A stretch of DNA of 45,662 bases from Candidatus Woesearchaeota archaeon (GCA_018302505.1 JAGVZL010000052.1:1-45662); one strand, 5' to 3'; shown: positions 17,412 to 26,553, counted from the first letter of the stretch. Notes: a model not told the origin generated them from the sequence alone. Program-made: numbers and translations.

Positions 17412-17660
17412 CTAACGAAGTTTATATCTTAACACTTCCTCTCTAAAAGGATGATACCCGCCCCTTCCATCATCATATAGATAAGTAGTTCTTATTTCCC
17501 TGATTCCTCTAGATATTCTTTCTACAGGATCACTCTCTCCAATCCCAACCATCCAGCCGTCAATACTAAACCATCTAACATCATTATACCTTCCATTACA
17601 AGTCTTTTCTCTTTCAGGTTCAAAGAGCCATGGATAAAAAACAACTTCGCTTCCAGCCAT
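17412..17660 (-). CDS. Hypothetical protein (non-backbone composition)
   Basis: 82-aa ORF that is Arg/Gly/Glu/Trp-rich. I recognised no family. Confidence 0.35.
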   Translation of the reverse strand: MAGSEVVFYPWLFEPEREKTCNGRYNDVRWFSIDGWMVGIGESDPVERISRGIREIRTTYLYDDGRGGYHPFREEVLRYKLR

Positions 17661-17711
17661 AGACTAATCTAAATAAGTAAATCTTTTATAATTTTCCAAA
17701 AGAAAAAATGG

Positions 17712-17909
17712 CTATTTTGTAGCCATCTTTATAGCCCACAACGCAGATAGACCTACTAAAACATAAACAAGTCTTTCCAGCCAGGCTACGGATCCTAGGA
17801 TAACGTTCACCAAGTTAAAATTGAAAGCACCAACTAATCCCCAATTAACTCCTCCAACAATAACAAGAACTAAAGTTACCCGGTCCAATACGCTTTTTTT
17901 ATCAGCCAT
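17712..17909 (-). CDS. DUF378-family small membrane protein
   Basis: 65 aa. VIVGGVNWGLVGAFNFNLV...LVYVLVGLSALW matches the DUF378 pattern. A Shine-Dalgarno GAGGTGAT sits upstream. Confidence 0.65.
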   Translation of the reverse strand: MADKKSVLDRVTLVLVIVGGVNWGLVGAFNFNLVNVILGSVAWLERLVYVLVGLSALWAIKMATK

Positions 17910-17970
17910 GGAATCACCTCTATAAAATCTATATTTTAGCTATATATAAAATTAACTGGAAAAATAAGTT

Positions 17971-17980
17971 TTTTATATAA
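17971..17980 (+). promoter_or_regulatory. TATA-box-like element for xerA
   Basis: TTTTATATAA ends 20 nt before ATG 18000. Confidence 0.45.
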
Positions 17981-17999
17981 GTTCGTATAATCCAAAAAG

Positions 18000-18827
18000 A
18001 TGGATAAAGAAGAATTTTTAAAAAAATTAGAAGCAGAATTAAAAATTTCAAGCAATTCCACACATACAATCCGGAACTATTTATCTTCTAATAAATTTTT
18101 ATTGGATTTTGCAAATAAGACTCCGGAGGAGATTACTCATGAGGATGTTAAATCCTACTTAGCTGAAAAACTAAATAACGCTTCCTCAATGACTAAGATC
18201 TTATTTTTATCCGCAATTAAATATTCTTTCTCAAATATTCTTAAAAAAGATATAACAATAGATATTAAAAGACCGAAAAAAGAAAAGAAAATTCCTTCTG
18301 TTCTATCAAAAGAAGAAGTTAAAAGTTTAATGGATTCAATTCAAAATAAAAAATCAAAGTTGATGGTTTCTTTAACTTACGCTGCAGGTTTAAGGGTTTC
18401 AGAATTGGTAAATTTAAAGACCCATGATTTTGACTTTACTCAAAAAACAGGGCATATTAGGCAGGATAAAGGAAGAAAAGACAGAATCTTTAATATCCCG
18501 GAGAATTTATTGGAAGATTTGCAAAAACAAGCTGAAAAACAAAAAGAAAAGAACCAATTATTTTTATTTTCAAGTTTTAAAGGTCAGATGACCACAAGAA
18601 ATATTCAAAAAATAGTTTCAAAAGTAGCTAAGAAAGTAGGGATAGAAAAGGAAGTTCATCCTCATACATTAAGACATTCTTTCGCGACGCATTTATTGGA
18701 AAACGGAACTGATATCAGGCACATTCAAAAGCTATTAGGTCATAGTTCGTTAAATACAACTCAAGTTTATACAAATATTTCAGCAGAGCAGATAAAGAAG
18801 ATTAAAAGCCCAATAGATAGTCCTTAA
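18000..18827 (+). CDS. xerA: Tyrosine recombinase XerA-like
   Basis: 275 aa. Motifs: GLRVSELVNL, KGRKDRIF, HPHTLRHSFATHL, LGHSSLNTTQVYTNI. Size and N-terminal SAM-like domain are typical of archaeal XerA. Confidence 0.8.
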   Translation: MDKEEFLKKLEAELKISSNSTHTIRNYLSSNKFLLDFANKTPEEITHEDVKSYLAEKLNNASSMTKILFLSAIKYSFSNILKKDITIDIKRPKKEKKIPSVLSKEEVKSLMDSIQNKKSKLMVSLTYAAGLRVSELVNLKTHDFDFTQKTGHIRQDKGRKDRIFNIPENLLEDLQKQAEKQKEKNQLFLFSSFKGQMTTRNIQKIVSKVAKKVGIEKEVHPHTLRHSFATHLLENGTDIRHIQKLLGHSSLNTTQVYTNISAEQIKKIKSPIDSP

Positions 18828-18838
18828 ATTTCAATACT

Positions 18839-19612
18839 TTATTCTAACAACCTATCATAAGCAACATTAACCTTACTCGCCAAAAATTCGTAAGCTAAAT
18901 CTTCTTCAAGTGTAACTTTTGTACTTCTCTTAATTCTCTGATTATATGCTTGAATAGCAGTAGATAATAAATCAAAATAAAGGTGCCTTTCTCCCTCTTC
19001 TATTATAGCAGGTGGATATCCAGACATATTCAATAATACATTTTGAACCATCCGGGCAGTTCTCCCATTTCCATCCATAAATGGATGTATCCTTACTAAG
19101 TGGATATGTGCATGAACTGCTTTTTCTAAAGGCAAATCGATTCCCTTGTTTTCAAATAGGAACATATTTAATTCACTTTCTATTTGGTCAGCTTCTGGCG
19201 GGACCTGACCCCCATAAAGTACCATTTCCCTCCTAATCCCCCTAACAACATCCGGTTCAATTTTTCTGGCTATCGCTGTAAAATATTCAGTAGTGAACTC
19301 TCCATCATCAGGGAATATAATTTTAGCAAGGGTCCACGCATTTGCCAGCCTTGTAGTAGCCCTCTGCAAATCTTTTCGAGCGATTCTTTGTGCCCTTTTT
19401 GGCAAATCTCGTATATGTGCTAATGGGAACTCAATTCTTGCAGAATGAGCAATATGTCTTAAATCTTCGGGACGGGTTAATTGTGCCTCTCTACCCAATC
19501 CCCTTCTAGACACCTTATAATTAACTAAATTTAAAGTTGGATCTTCCAAAGTCTTCTTCCTTTTCCCTTCTATCTCCAAGTATAGGTTTCTTAAATTCAC
19601 TGATCTTGACAT
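18839..19612 (-). CDS. fic: Fic family protein (AMPylase-type Fido domain)
   Basis: 257 aa. It has the canonical motif HPFMDGNGRTARM, i.e. HxFx(D/E)GNGRxxR. A TATA box ends 21 nt upstream. Composition is non-backbone. Confidence 0.85.
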   Translation of the reverse strand: MSRSVNLRNLYLEIEGKRKKTLEDPTLNLVNYKVSRRGLGREAQLTRPEDLRHIAHSARIEFPLAHIRDLPKRAQRIARKDLQRATTRLANAWTLAKIIFPDDGEFTTEYFTAIARKIEPDVVRGIRREMVLYGGQVPPEADQIESELNMFLFENKGIDLPLEKAVHAHIHLVRIHPFMDGNGRTARMVQNVLLNMSGYPPAIIEEGERHLYFDLLSTAIQAYNQRIKRSTKVTLEEDLAYEFLASKVNVAYDRLLE

Positions 19613-19786
19613 AAATCAAAGTAGGAATCAAACATTTATAAATTTAACTATTTTGTAACCCTTAATTAGTGGTATCAAGATAAGGTTTATACAAATCTGG
19701 TTCTTTTTAAAATATTTACACCAATTAACAATAACTTTAAATACTTTAAAGCCTTCACTATCGTCGACAAAAAGGGAGGTGTCAAA

Positions 19787-19936
19787 ATGGGAAAGATAGT
19801 TGTTAAGAACGCAGTTACAAGAAAGCCTGGACATTTATACTATATTGATGGACAAGGCAATGTATGTGAAGCAGTTATGGCAAGAGGCGGAAGAAAGAAA
19901 AAAGCTACAAAAAAAACTACAAAAAAGAGGAAATAA
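19787..19936 (+). CDS. Small basic protein (not in ORF track)
   Basis: My own translation gives MGKIVVKNAVTRKPGHLYYIDGQGNVCEAVMARGGRKKKATKKTTKKRK (49 aa). A strong Shine-Dalgarno GGAGGTG lies 6 nt upstream and a T-rich tract follows the stop. I preferred it over the out-of-frame ORF 19800..20009. Confidence 0.5.
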   Translation: MGKIVVKNAVTRKPGHLYYIDGQGNVCEAVMARGGRKKKATKKTTKKRK

Positions 19937-19955
19937 TTTTCTCCTCTTCTTTTTT
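19937..19955 (+). terminator. Pyrimidine/oligo-T tract after the small basic protein gene
   Basis: TTTTCTCCTCTTCTTTTTT follows the TAA directly. Confidence 0.3.
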
Positions 19956-20012
19956 ATAAATAAAATCTATTCTCCGATAGGTTTATCAATTTTCTTTTTC
20001 TGTTTCTAATTA

Positions 20013-20603
20013 ATGGGTATAAATTCATCTTACGAATCTAAAAAAGGAGAAATTAAACAAAGATTAAAAGAATTTAAACAAAATAAAGATTATTTTTATG
20101 AATTATGTTTTTGTTTGTTGACGCCGCAAAGTAGCGCAAGAGGAGCGGATTATTGTATCCAAAAATTAAAAGAATTAGATTTTAAAAACAAAGATATTAA
20201 TCCTGTTCCGATTTTAATTCAAAGGATAAGATTTCATAACAATAAAGGCACTTACTTGTTGGAATTCAAAAAGAATCAAGAAAATATTTTTAAAAATTTA
20301 AATGGAATTAAAGATAATAAAGAAAAAAGAATGTACTTAGTAAAAAATGTGAAAGGCTTGGGATTAAAAGAAGCATCTCATTTCTTAAGAAATACAGGTC
20401 ATGAAAATTTAGCAATCTTAGACAGGCATATTCTAAAAAATTTAGCTAAATTAAATATTATTGAACTGCCGAAGACATTAACACCGAAAATTTATTTTGA
20501 AATAGAAAATAAATTCCAGAATTTCTCTAAAGAAGTTAACATTCCGATGGATGAATTAGATTTATTATTCTGGTCAATGGAAACCGGAGAAATATTCAAA
20601 TGA
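20013..20603 (+). CDS. ogg: N-glycosylase/DNA lyase (archaeal Ogg2-type 8-oxoguanine glycosylase)
   Basis: 196 aa. The HhH-GPD region GLGLKEASHFLRNTGHENLAILDRHILK closely matches archaeal Ogg. Confidence 0.75.
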   Translation: MGINSSYESKKGEIKQRLKEFKQNKDYFYELCFCLLTPQSSARGADYCIQKLKELDFKNKDINPVPILIQRIRFHNNKGTYLLEFKKNQENIFKNLNGIKDNKEKRMYLVKNVKGLGLKEASHFLRNTGHENLAILDRHILKNLAKLNIIELPKTLTPKIYFEIENKFQNFSKEVNIPMDELDLLFWSMETGEIFK

Positions 20604-21202
20604 ATTATCTAGACCAATTAAGAGAATTAGAAAAATTAGGAAACTCCATGATTCGTTTGGCAGCAGAAGAATGGGATCAACATTGGAAAATCTTGATTTC
20701 CACAATAATGTCTGCAAGAACAAGAGATGAAGTTACAATCCGGATAGCGAATAATTTATTTAAAAAATATCCAACAGTAGAAAAATTAGCTAAAGCGGAA
20801 TTAAAAGAAATTGAAAAAATAATAAAGCCAGTTAATTTTTACAAAAATAAAAGTAAAAACATTTTGAATTGTGCTAAAACTTTAATTGAAGAGCACAAAG
20901 GAATTATTCCATTAACATTTGAAGAATTACTTAAGCTTCCAGGTGTCGGAAGAAAAACCGCCAATGTATTTTTATCAGAAATAGGAATAGTTGCTGTAGG
21001 GATAGATACCCATGTTCATTACATAAGCAATAAATTAGGATGGACTAAAAATAAAACTCAGAAAGGAATAGAAGAAGATTTAAAAAAATTATTTCCCAAA
21101 AGTATATGGAAAGAAATAAATCCTATCTTAGTGAGGTTTGGAAAAACTTATACAAGCAGAAAGAAAAAAGATGGATTATTAGAAAAAATAAAATCTATCT
21201 AA
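20600..21202 (+). CDS. nth: Endonuclease III-like HhH-GPD glycosylase lacking the C-terminal Cys cluster
   Basis: 200 aa. It has ILISTIMSARTRDE, LPGVGRKTANVFLSE (catalytic Lys) and GIDTHVHYISNKLGW (Asp). The C-terminus has no Cys. The start overlaps the ogg stop (ATGA). Confidence 0.8.
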   Translation: MNYLDQLRELEKLGNSMIRLAAEEWDQHWKILISTIMSARTRDEVTIRIANNLFKKYPTVEKLAKAELKEIEKIIKPVNFYKNKSKNILNCAKTLIEEHKGIIPLTFEELLKLPGVGRKTANVFLSEIGIVAVGIDTHVHYISNKLGWTKNKTQKGIEEDLKKLFPKSIWKEINPILVRFGKTYTSRKKKDGLLEKIKSI

Positions 21203-21241
21203 TCAATAAGCGATAATTATAAATACTTCTTTTTATAAAAA

Positions 21242-21481
21242 ATGGTTATGGAAAAAAGATTAGTTTTATTCAGGTTGGAAGGATGTCCATACTGTAAAAA
21301 AGCGGAAAAAGCATTAGATTCTAAAGGATTAAAATATAAAAAGATAGAAGTTCCTTCAAGTAAAGCAGAGAGAACATTACTAAAACAATTATCAGGCCAG
21401 GATTCAGTTCCTGTTCTATTGGATGTTATCGGTTCAAAGAGCCAGGATGATGACATTTTGGAATGGTTAGAAAATCAATGA
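21242..21481 (+). CDS. Glutaredoxin/NrdH-like small redoxin
   Basis: 79 aa. It has the CPYC active site in the LFRLEGCPYCKKAEKAL context and VPVL further on. The start may be ATG 21248 by TATA spacing. Confidence 0.7.
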   Translation: MVMEKRLVLFRLEGCPYCKKAEKALDSKGLKYKKIEVPSSKAERTLLKQLSGQDSVPVLLDVIGSKSQDDDILEWLENQ

Positions 21482-21666
21482 ATATCTAATTCATACGTCC
21501 TTATTTTTGCAACCTCAATCCCAACCCCAGACTCAACTATTTCCCATGAACTGATAGTACTTAACTTCCCTACTAAATCCCTTCCTCTTTCGCCGCTGGG
21601 GACATAAATATGGTTAACACCATCCCCATGATTCAATCTATAAATATCAAATAACTCTTCTTCCAT
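21475..21666 (-). CDS. Hypothetical small protein (start ATG 21666 preferred)
   Basis: MEEELFDIYRLNHGDGVNHIYVPSGERGRD... lies downstream of the wHTH gene. Composition is non-backbone. Confidence 0.3.
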   Translation of the reverse strand: MEEELFDIYRLNHGDGVNHIYVPSGERGRDLVGKLSTISSWEIVESGVGIEVAKIRTYELDIH

Positions 21667-21688
21667 TTTTAAAAATAAAAAATAAGGA

Positions 21689-21958
21689 TTATAAAATATC
21701 CTTAATTCGTCCAATATACTCAGCAATTTTATTGCCAGGTTCTGTTAATTTAATTGTTTTTATTCTTCCCTGCTTTTCAAAGCTTACTAATTTTGCTCTT
21801 TCCATCTCTTGCAGAATTTTTACAGTGTGGGAGTACGTACAATCTACTTCCTTAGCTAAAACACTTCCATATCTATTCCTTGTATTCTTTTTCAAAGCTA
21901 CTAATATCATAGCCGGTTTTCTTCTAAAAAACACTTCGAAAATATCTTTTTTACTCAT
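21689..21958 (-). CDS. Winged-helix transcriptional regulator (ArsR/MarR-like)
   Basis: 89 aa. RYGSVLAKEVDCTYSHTVKILQEMERAKLVSFEKQGRIKTIKLTEPG is a wHTH pattern. Confidence 0.6.
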   Translation of the reverse strand: MSKKDIFEVFFRRKPAMILVALKKNTRNRYGSVLAKEVDCTYSHTVKILQEMERAKLVSFEKQGRIKTIKLTEPGNKIAEYIGRIKDIL

Positions 21959-22083
21959 CTTTTTCCCCCTACACCTCTTCTCTAAAACTTATGTTTAGAT
22001 ATATATTTAAATACTTATCGGTAAGAAGAGTTTTCTTCTAAAACCCTAAATTGCAACGATATAAACCCATTATAACCAATAAG

Positions 22084-22093
22084 TTTAAATAAA
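22084..22093 (+). promoter_or_regulatory. TATA-box-like element for serS
   Basis: TTTAAATAAA ends 22 nt before ATG 22115. Confidence 0.45.
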
Positions 22094-22114
22094 TTTATCT
22101 TATCTTTTACTTGC

Positions 22115-23386
22115 ATGTTCAATATAAAATTAATAAGAGAACATCCGGAAATTGTCAAGCAGAACCTAAAGAAAAAACAGGCTAGTATGGATGATTTTCT
22201 AAAAGTAATCGACTTAGATAAGAGATATTTAAAGTTAAAACAAAATGTTGAGAGCTTAAGAAACCAAAGAAATGTTGCTTCTTCTGAAATAAATGAACTG
22301 CAAAAACAAGGGAAAAATATAAAGGAAAAGATTAAGGAAGTAAAAGAAATCCCTTCGAGGATTGAAGACATTGAAAACAAAATTGAAAAAATAAGAAAAG
22401 AATTAGACTATTATTTGCATAGAATCCCTAACATAATGCATCCTGAAGTCCCTATAGGGAAAGATAGTTCTGAAAATAAAATTATCAAAAAATTTGGAAT
22501 AATACAAAAATTTAATTTCCCAGTTCTAAATCATGTTGAATTAGGGGAAAAATTAGGTTTATTTGATTTTGAAGCCTCGGCAGAAACCTCAGGAAATGGT
22601 TTTTACTATCTTAAAGGAAGATTAGCATTGTTAAACCGGGCCTTAATTAATTTCGTTATAGATATAATGGAGTCTAAAGGTTATACCTACATTGAACCGC
22701 CTTTAATGGTAAATAAGAGGATAGAAGTTGCAAAAGGTGATTTCGATGCTTTTGAAAAAGCTCTTTACAAAATAGAAAACGAGGATCTATACATGATTCC
22801 AACTTCAGAAGATGCGATTTTAGGAATGATGATGGACAAACATATCCAACCAGAAAAACTACCGTTAAGAATATTTTCTTATTCAATGTGTTTCAGAAAA
22901 GAAATAGGAAGTCATGGAATCAATGAAAAGGGATTATGGAGAACTCATCAATTCAACAAAGTAGAGCAGTTTATTTTCTGCAAACCTGAAGATTCATGGA
23001 AATTCTATGAAGAACTAAGAAAAAATTCAGAAGAACTATTCCAGAAATTAAAATTACCATACAGAATTGTAGAATGTTGCACCGGAGATTTAGCCTTATG
23101 GAAAGCAAAATCAGAAGATATAGAAGTTTACAGACCTACAACTAAAGATTATGGAGAAGTAACCTCTCTAAGTAATTGTACAGATTATCAAGCCAGAGAT
23201 TTGAATATTAAATTTAAAAACGACAAAGGGGAAAATGAAGTAGTTCACACTTTGAATAATACAGCAATGGCTACCTCAAGAGCTTTGGTGGCAATAATGG
23301 AAAATTATCAGCAAAAAGATGGTTCTATAAAAATCCCTGAAGTTCTACAGAAATATACCGGATTTAAAGAAATAAAGCCACAATAG
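22115..23386 (+). CDS. serS: Serine--tRNA ligase
   Basis: 423 aa. It has the N-terminal coiled-coil arm and class II motifs FRKEIGSHG, RTHQFNKVEQF and NNTAMATSRALVAIMENYQ. Confidence 0.92.
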   Translation: MFNIKLIREHPEIVKQNLKKKQASMDDFLKVIDLDKRYLKLKQNVESLRNQRNVASSEINELQKQGKNIKEKIKEVKEIPSRIEDIENKIEKIRKELDYYLHRIPNIMHPEVPIGKDSSENKIIKKFGIIQKFNFPVLNHVELGEKLGLFDFEASAETSGNGFYYLKGRLALLNRALINFVIDIMESKGYTYIEPPLMVNKRIEVAKGDFDAFEKALYKIENEDLYMIPTSEDAILGMMMDKHIQPEKLPLRIFSYSMCFRKEIGSHGINEKGLWRTHQFNKVEQFIFCKPEDSWKFYEELRKNSEELFQKLKLPYRIVECCTGDLALWKAKSEDIEVYRPTTKDYGEVTSLSNCTDYQARDLNIKFKNDKGENEVVHTLNNTAMATSRALVAIMENYQQKDGSIKIPEVLQKYTGFKEIKPQ

Positions 23387-23422
23387 AAATCTTTTTAATT
23401 CTGACTCTATTTAATATTTAAT

Positions 23423-23692
23423 ATGAGAAAAACAAAAGAACAATTGGAAAGGGATATTGAATTAGGGGAAAAAGACGAAGACATCTACACCGGGGAAGGC
23501 AGGGAAGTTGCAGAAGATGAAGATGAAATTAGTGATGTAGAAGAAGGATTCATGGAAGGATATGAGGAAGATGAAAACGCTGCAAAATGCGCCAAATGCC
23601 GAAAAATCCTAGGTGAAGATTTCATAGAAGAAGAAATAGATGGAGAAATGTTAAGATTCTGCTCAGAAAAATGTGCACTAAAATATGGTTAA
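23423..23692 (+). CDS. Acidic protein with C-terminal zinc-ribbon (TRASH/FCS-like)
   Basis: 89 aa. The N-terminal region is acidic. CAKCRK...FCSEKCALKY provides a four-Cys motif. Confidence 0.4.
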   Translation: MRKTKEQLERDIELGEKDEDIYTGEGREVAEDEDEISDVEEGFMEGYEEDENAAKCAKCRKILGEDFIEEEIDGEMLRFCSEKCALKYG

Positions 23693-24296
23693 GAGAAAAA
23701 CATTGAGGGTATTAGCCGCGGCAGATATTCATGGAGATAGGACTTTAGCAAGAAAATTAGCCTTGAAAGCAAAAAAAGAAAACGTAGATTTGGTTATTTT
23801 ATGCGGTGATTTAACAGGACCGACAGAGACTAATAATCTTATCAAGCCGTTTAAAGATGCAAAGAAAAAAGTTTTATTAATCCCGGGGAATCATGATTCC
23901 TTTGCAACCGCGGATTTCTTGGCTGAAATTTACGGGGTTAGGAATATTCATGGTTATTCTGTAAAGTATGATGATATTGGATTTTTCGGGGCAGGAGGTG
24001 CAGATATAGGTCCAGGAAGAATATCTGAAAAAGAATTATTTGCAACTTTATCAAAGGCATATTCAGGACTAAAAGGATTAAAGAAAAAGATAATGGTAAC
24101 CCATATGCATCCAGCAAATTCAAAATCTGAATTCTCAGGCTTCAAAGGGAGCAATTCAATAACAAAAGCAATAGAAAAATTTAAACCGGATTTCTTATTA
24201 CATGGTCATATTCATGAAGGTGCCGGAATAGAAGAAAAAATAGGTTCTACAAAAGTAATTAACGTAGGCAGAGAGGGAAGAATATTAGAATTCTAA
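23685..24296 (+). CDS. Calcineurin-like metallophosphoesterase
   Basis: 203 aa. Motifs: AADIHGD, CGDLTG, PGNHD, THMHP, GHIHEG. Confidence 0.8.
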   Translation: MVKRKTLRVLAAADIHGDRTLARKLALKAKKENVDLVILCGDLTGPTETNNLIKPFKDAKKKVLLIPGNHDSFATADFLAEIYGVRNIHGYSVKYDDIGFFGAGGADIGPGRISEKELFATLSKAYSGLKGLKKKIMVTHMHPANSKSEFSGFKGSNSITKAIEKFKPDFLLHGHIHEGAGIEEKIGSTKVINVGREGRILEF

Positions 24297-24348
24297 ATAC
24301 TAACATTTTTATAACTTTCTTTTCCCATATTCTAATCTATATATTAAA

Positions 24349-26553
24349 ATGCCTGAATTAATAATCTCAGAAAAACCAAGTGCAGCTAAACGTATTGCTG
24401 CAGCTTTGGCAGATACAAAACCCTCTGAAAACAAGATAGGTAAAGTAAAATATTATGAACTAACGCATAAAAATAAAAAAATTTATGTTGTTTGTGCAGT
24501 TGGTCATTTATACGCTTTAACAGAAAAAGAAAAAAAAGGTTGGACTTATCCGACTTTCGATGTTGTTTGGAAACCAGCATATGAAGTAAATAAAGAAGCG
24601 GATTTCACAAAAGATTATATCAAGGTAATAGAGAAAATAGCTAAATCTTCTGATAAGTTTACAGTTGCAACAGATTATGACCAGGAAGGAGAAGTTATCG
24701 GATTAAACGCTTTAAGATACGCATGCAAGCAAAAATCCGGCCAGAGAATGAAATTCTCAACTTTAACAAAAGATGAGCTAATCCAAAGCTACGAGAATGC
24801 TTCTAAAACTTTAGACAAGCCGCAGGCCGAAGCAGGAGAAACAAGACATTTTTTAGATTATTTTTACGGCATCAATCTATCTAGAGCTTTAACTTTGGCT
24901 GTTAAAAATGCAGGTTCTTTCAAGATATTATCAACAGGACGTGTTCAGGGGCCGACATTGGCATTATTATCTAAAAGAGAAGAAGAAATCTCAAAGTTCA
25001 AGCCAGAACCATTCTGGGAGATAGAATTTCAGGGCAAAACAAAAAAAGATGACATTACAGCCTGGCATAAAAACGGAAAGATAAAAGATAAAACAACAGT
25101 AAATGAGATTCTTAAAAAAACAAAAGGAAAAAAAGCATTTATTTCTTCAGTAAATGTAAAAACTTACAATCAAAAACCGCCATGCCCATTTGATCTAACA
25201 ACTTTGCAAATAGAAGCTTATAGGGTATTAAATATTTCTCCAAAACTAACATTAGCATTTGCACAACAATTATACACATCAGGAAGGATATCTTATCCAA
25301 GGACATCATCCCAAAAATTGCCTCCTTCTTTAGGCTATGAAAAAATATTAAAAAAGATAGCAAAACAGCCAGCATTTCAAAAATTAGCTGAAGAATTATT
25401 ATCAAAGCCAAATTTAACTCCAAATGAAGGAATGAAAACAGATCCAGCTCATCCGGCAATTTATCCAACAGGTTTGCCATTTAACGGATCAGGGAAATCA
25501 AAAGACTTATACGAATTAATTGTCCGGAGGTTTTTAGCTACATTTTCAGACCCGGCAAAGAGAGAAACAATTACAGCTGTTATAGATGTTAATAAAGAAG
25601 AGTTCATAGCTTCTGGGACAAGGACAATAGAAAAAGGCTGGCATAAATTTTATGGAAGGTTTGCAGTATTCAAAGAAGAAACCTTGCCGGAATTGGAAGA
25701 AAAAGAGGAATTAAAAGTTAAAAAAATTGAATCTCATGAAAAAGAAACTCAGCCTCCAAAAAGATATACCCCAGCTTCGATAATTAAAGAATTAGAGAAA
25801 CAAAATTTAGGAACAAAGTCAACAAGAGCCCAAATAATAGATTCATTATACCAAAGACATTATGTTCAGGACACTTCATTAAAAGTTACAGATTTAGGAT
25901 TAAAGACAAATAATACCCTAAAGAAATATTGTCCGGAAATCATAGATGCAAAATTAACAAGGCATTTCGAAATAGATTTAGATAAAATCAGGGAAAAAGA
26001 GAAAGATGGAGATAAAGTTCTCGAGGAGTCTAAAAAAATATTAATTAAACTATTAAAACATTTTAAACAAAACGAAATAAAAATAGGAAAAGAATTAATC
26101 AAAGCTAATAGGGAAACACAAGATCAAAATAATTTATTAGGTTCTTGTCCAATATGCAAGAAAGGAACACTAAATATTAAGAAAGGAAAATTTGGCTTCT
26201 TTGTTTCATGTGATAAATATGAAGAGGGATGCAATACAACATTCTCAATACCCGCGGGAGCGTTTGCTAAAGGCACAGGGAAATTATGCAAAGACTGTGA
26301 ATACCCATTAATCCAGTTAATAAAAAAAGGAAAAAGGCCTCAGGAAACATGCATCAATCCAAAATGTAAATCTAAAAAAGTGGATAAAAAATTATTATTA
26401 GAAAAAAGAAAATGCCCTAAATGCGGTTCAGAATTAATAATCAGAAACAGTATGTATGGTCAGTTCTTTGCATGTCCAGGCTATCCAAAATGCAGGCATA
26501 CAGAGCCTATAGAAAAGTTTAAGAAGAAAAAAGAGGCTAAGAAAATCCAATGA
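24349..26553 (+). CDS. topA: DNA topoisomerase, type IA, with C-terminal zinc ribbons
   Basis: 734 aa. It has the Toprim start LIISEKPS, DYDQEGE, the active-site Tyr context GRISYPRTSSQKL, and three or four CxxC...CxxC zinc-ribbon modules at the C-terminus. Confidence 0.9.
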   Translation: MPELIISEKPSAAKRIAAALADTKPSENKIGKVKYYELTHKNKKIYVVCAVGHLYALTEKEKKGWTYPTFDVVWKPAYEVNKEADFTKDYIKVIEKIAKSSDKFTVATDYDQEGEVIGLNALRYACKQKSGQRMKFSTLTKDELIQSYENASKTLDKPQAEAGETRHFLDYFYGINLSRALTLAVKNAGSFKILSTGRVQGPTLALLSKREEEISKFKPEPFWEIEFQGKTKKDDITAWHKNGKIKDKTTVNEILKKTKGKKAFISSVNVKTYNQKPPCPFDLTTLQIEAYRVLNISPKLTLAFAQQLYTSGRISYPRTSSQKLPPSLGYEKILKKIAKQPAFQKLAEELLSKPNLTPNEGMKTDPAHPAIYPTGLPFNGSGKSKDLYELIVRRFLATFSDPAKRETITAVIDVNKEEFIASGTRTIEKGWHKFYGRFAVFKEETLPELEEKEELKVKKIESHEKETQPPKRYTPASIIKELEKQNLGTKSTRAQIIDSLYQRHYVQDTSLKVTDLGLKTNNTLKKYCPEIIDAKLTRHFEIDLDKIREKEKDGDKVLEESKKILIKLLKHFKQNEIKIGKELIKANRETQDQNNLLGSCPICKKGTLNIKKGKFGFFVSCDKYEEGCNTTFSIPAGAFAKGTGKLCKDCEYPLIQLIKKGKRPQETCINPKCKSKKVDKKLLLEKRKCPKCGSELIIRNSMYGQFFACPGYPKCRHTEPIEKFKKKKEAKKIQ

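Noticed and set aside
17971-17993. A dif-like XerA site (TTATA-N8-TATAA) just upstream of xerA.
   Set aside because: The left arm is simply the TATA box at the canonical 20-nt spacing from ATG 18000. The arms are only 5 bp and AT-only, which is not significant in this composition.
19628-20009. ORFs 19628-19834 (-) and 19800-20009 (+) as genes.
   Set aside because: The region is better explained by the Fic promoter and by the 49-aa basic ORF 19787-19936, which has a strong SD and a T-rich terminator. The track ORFs lack start-site signals and have implausible sequences.
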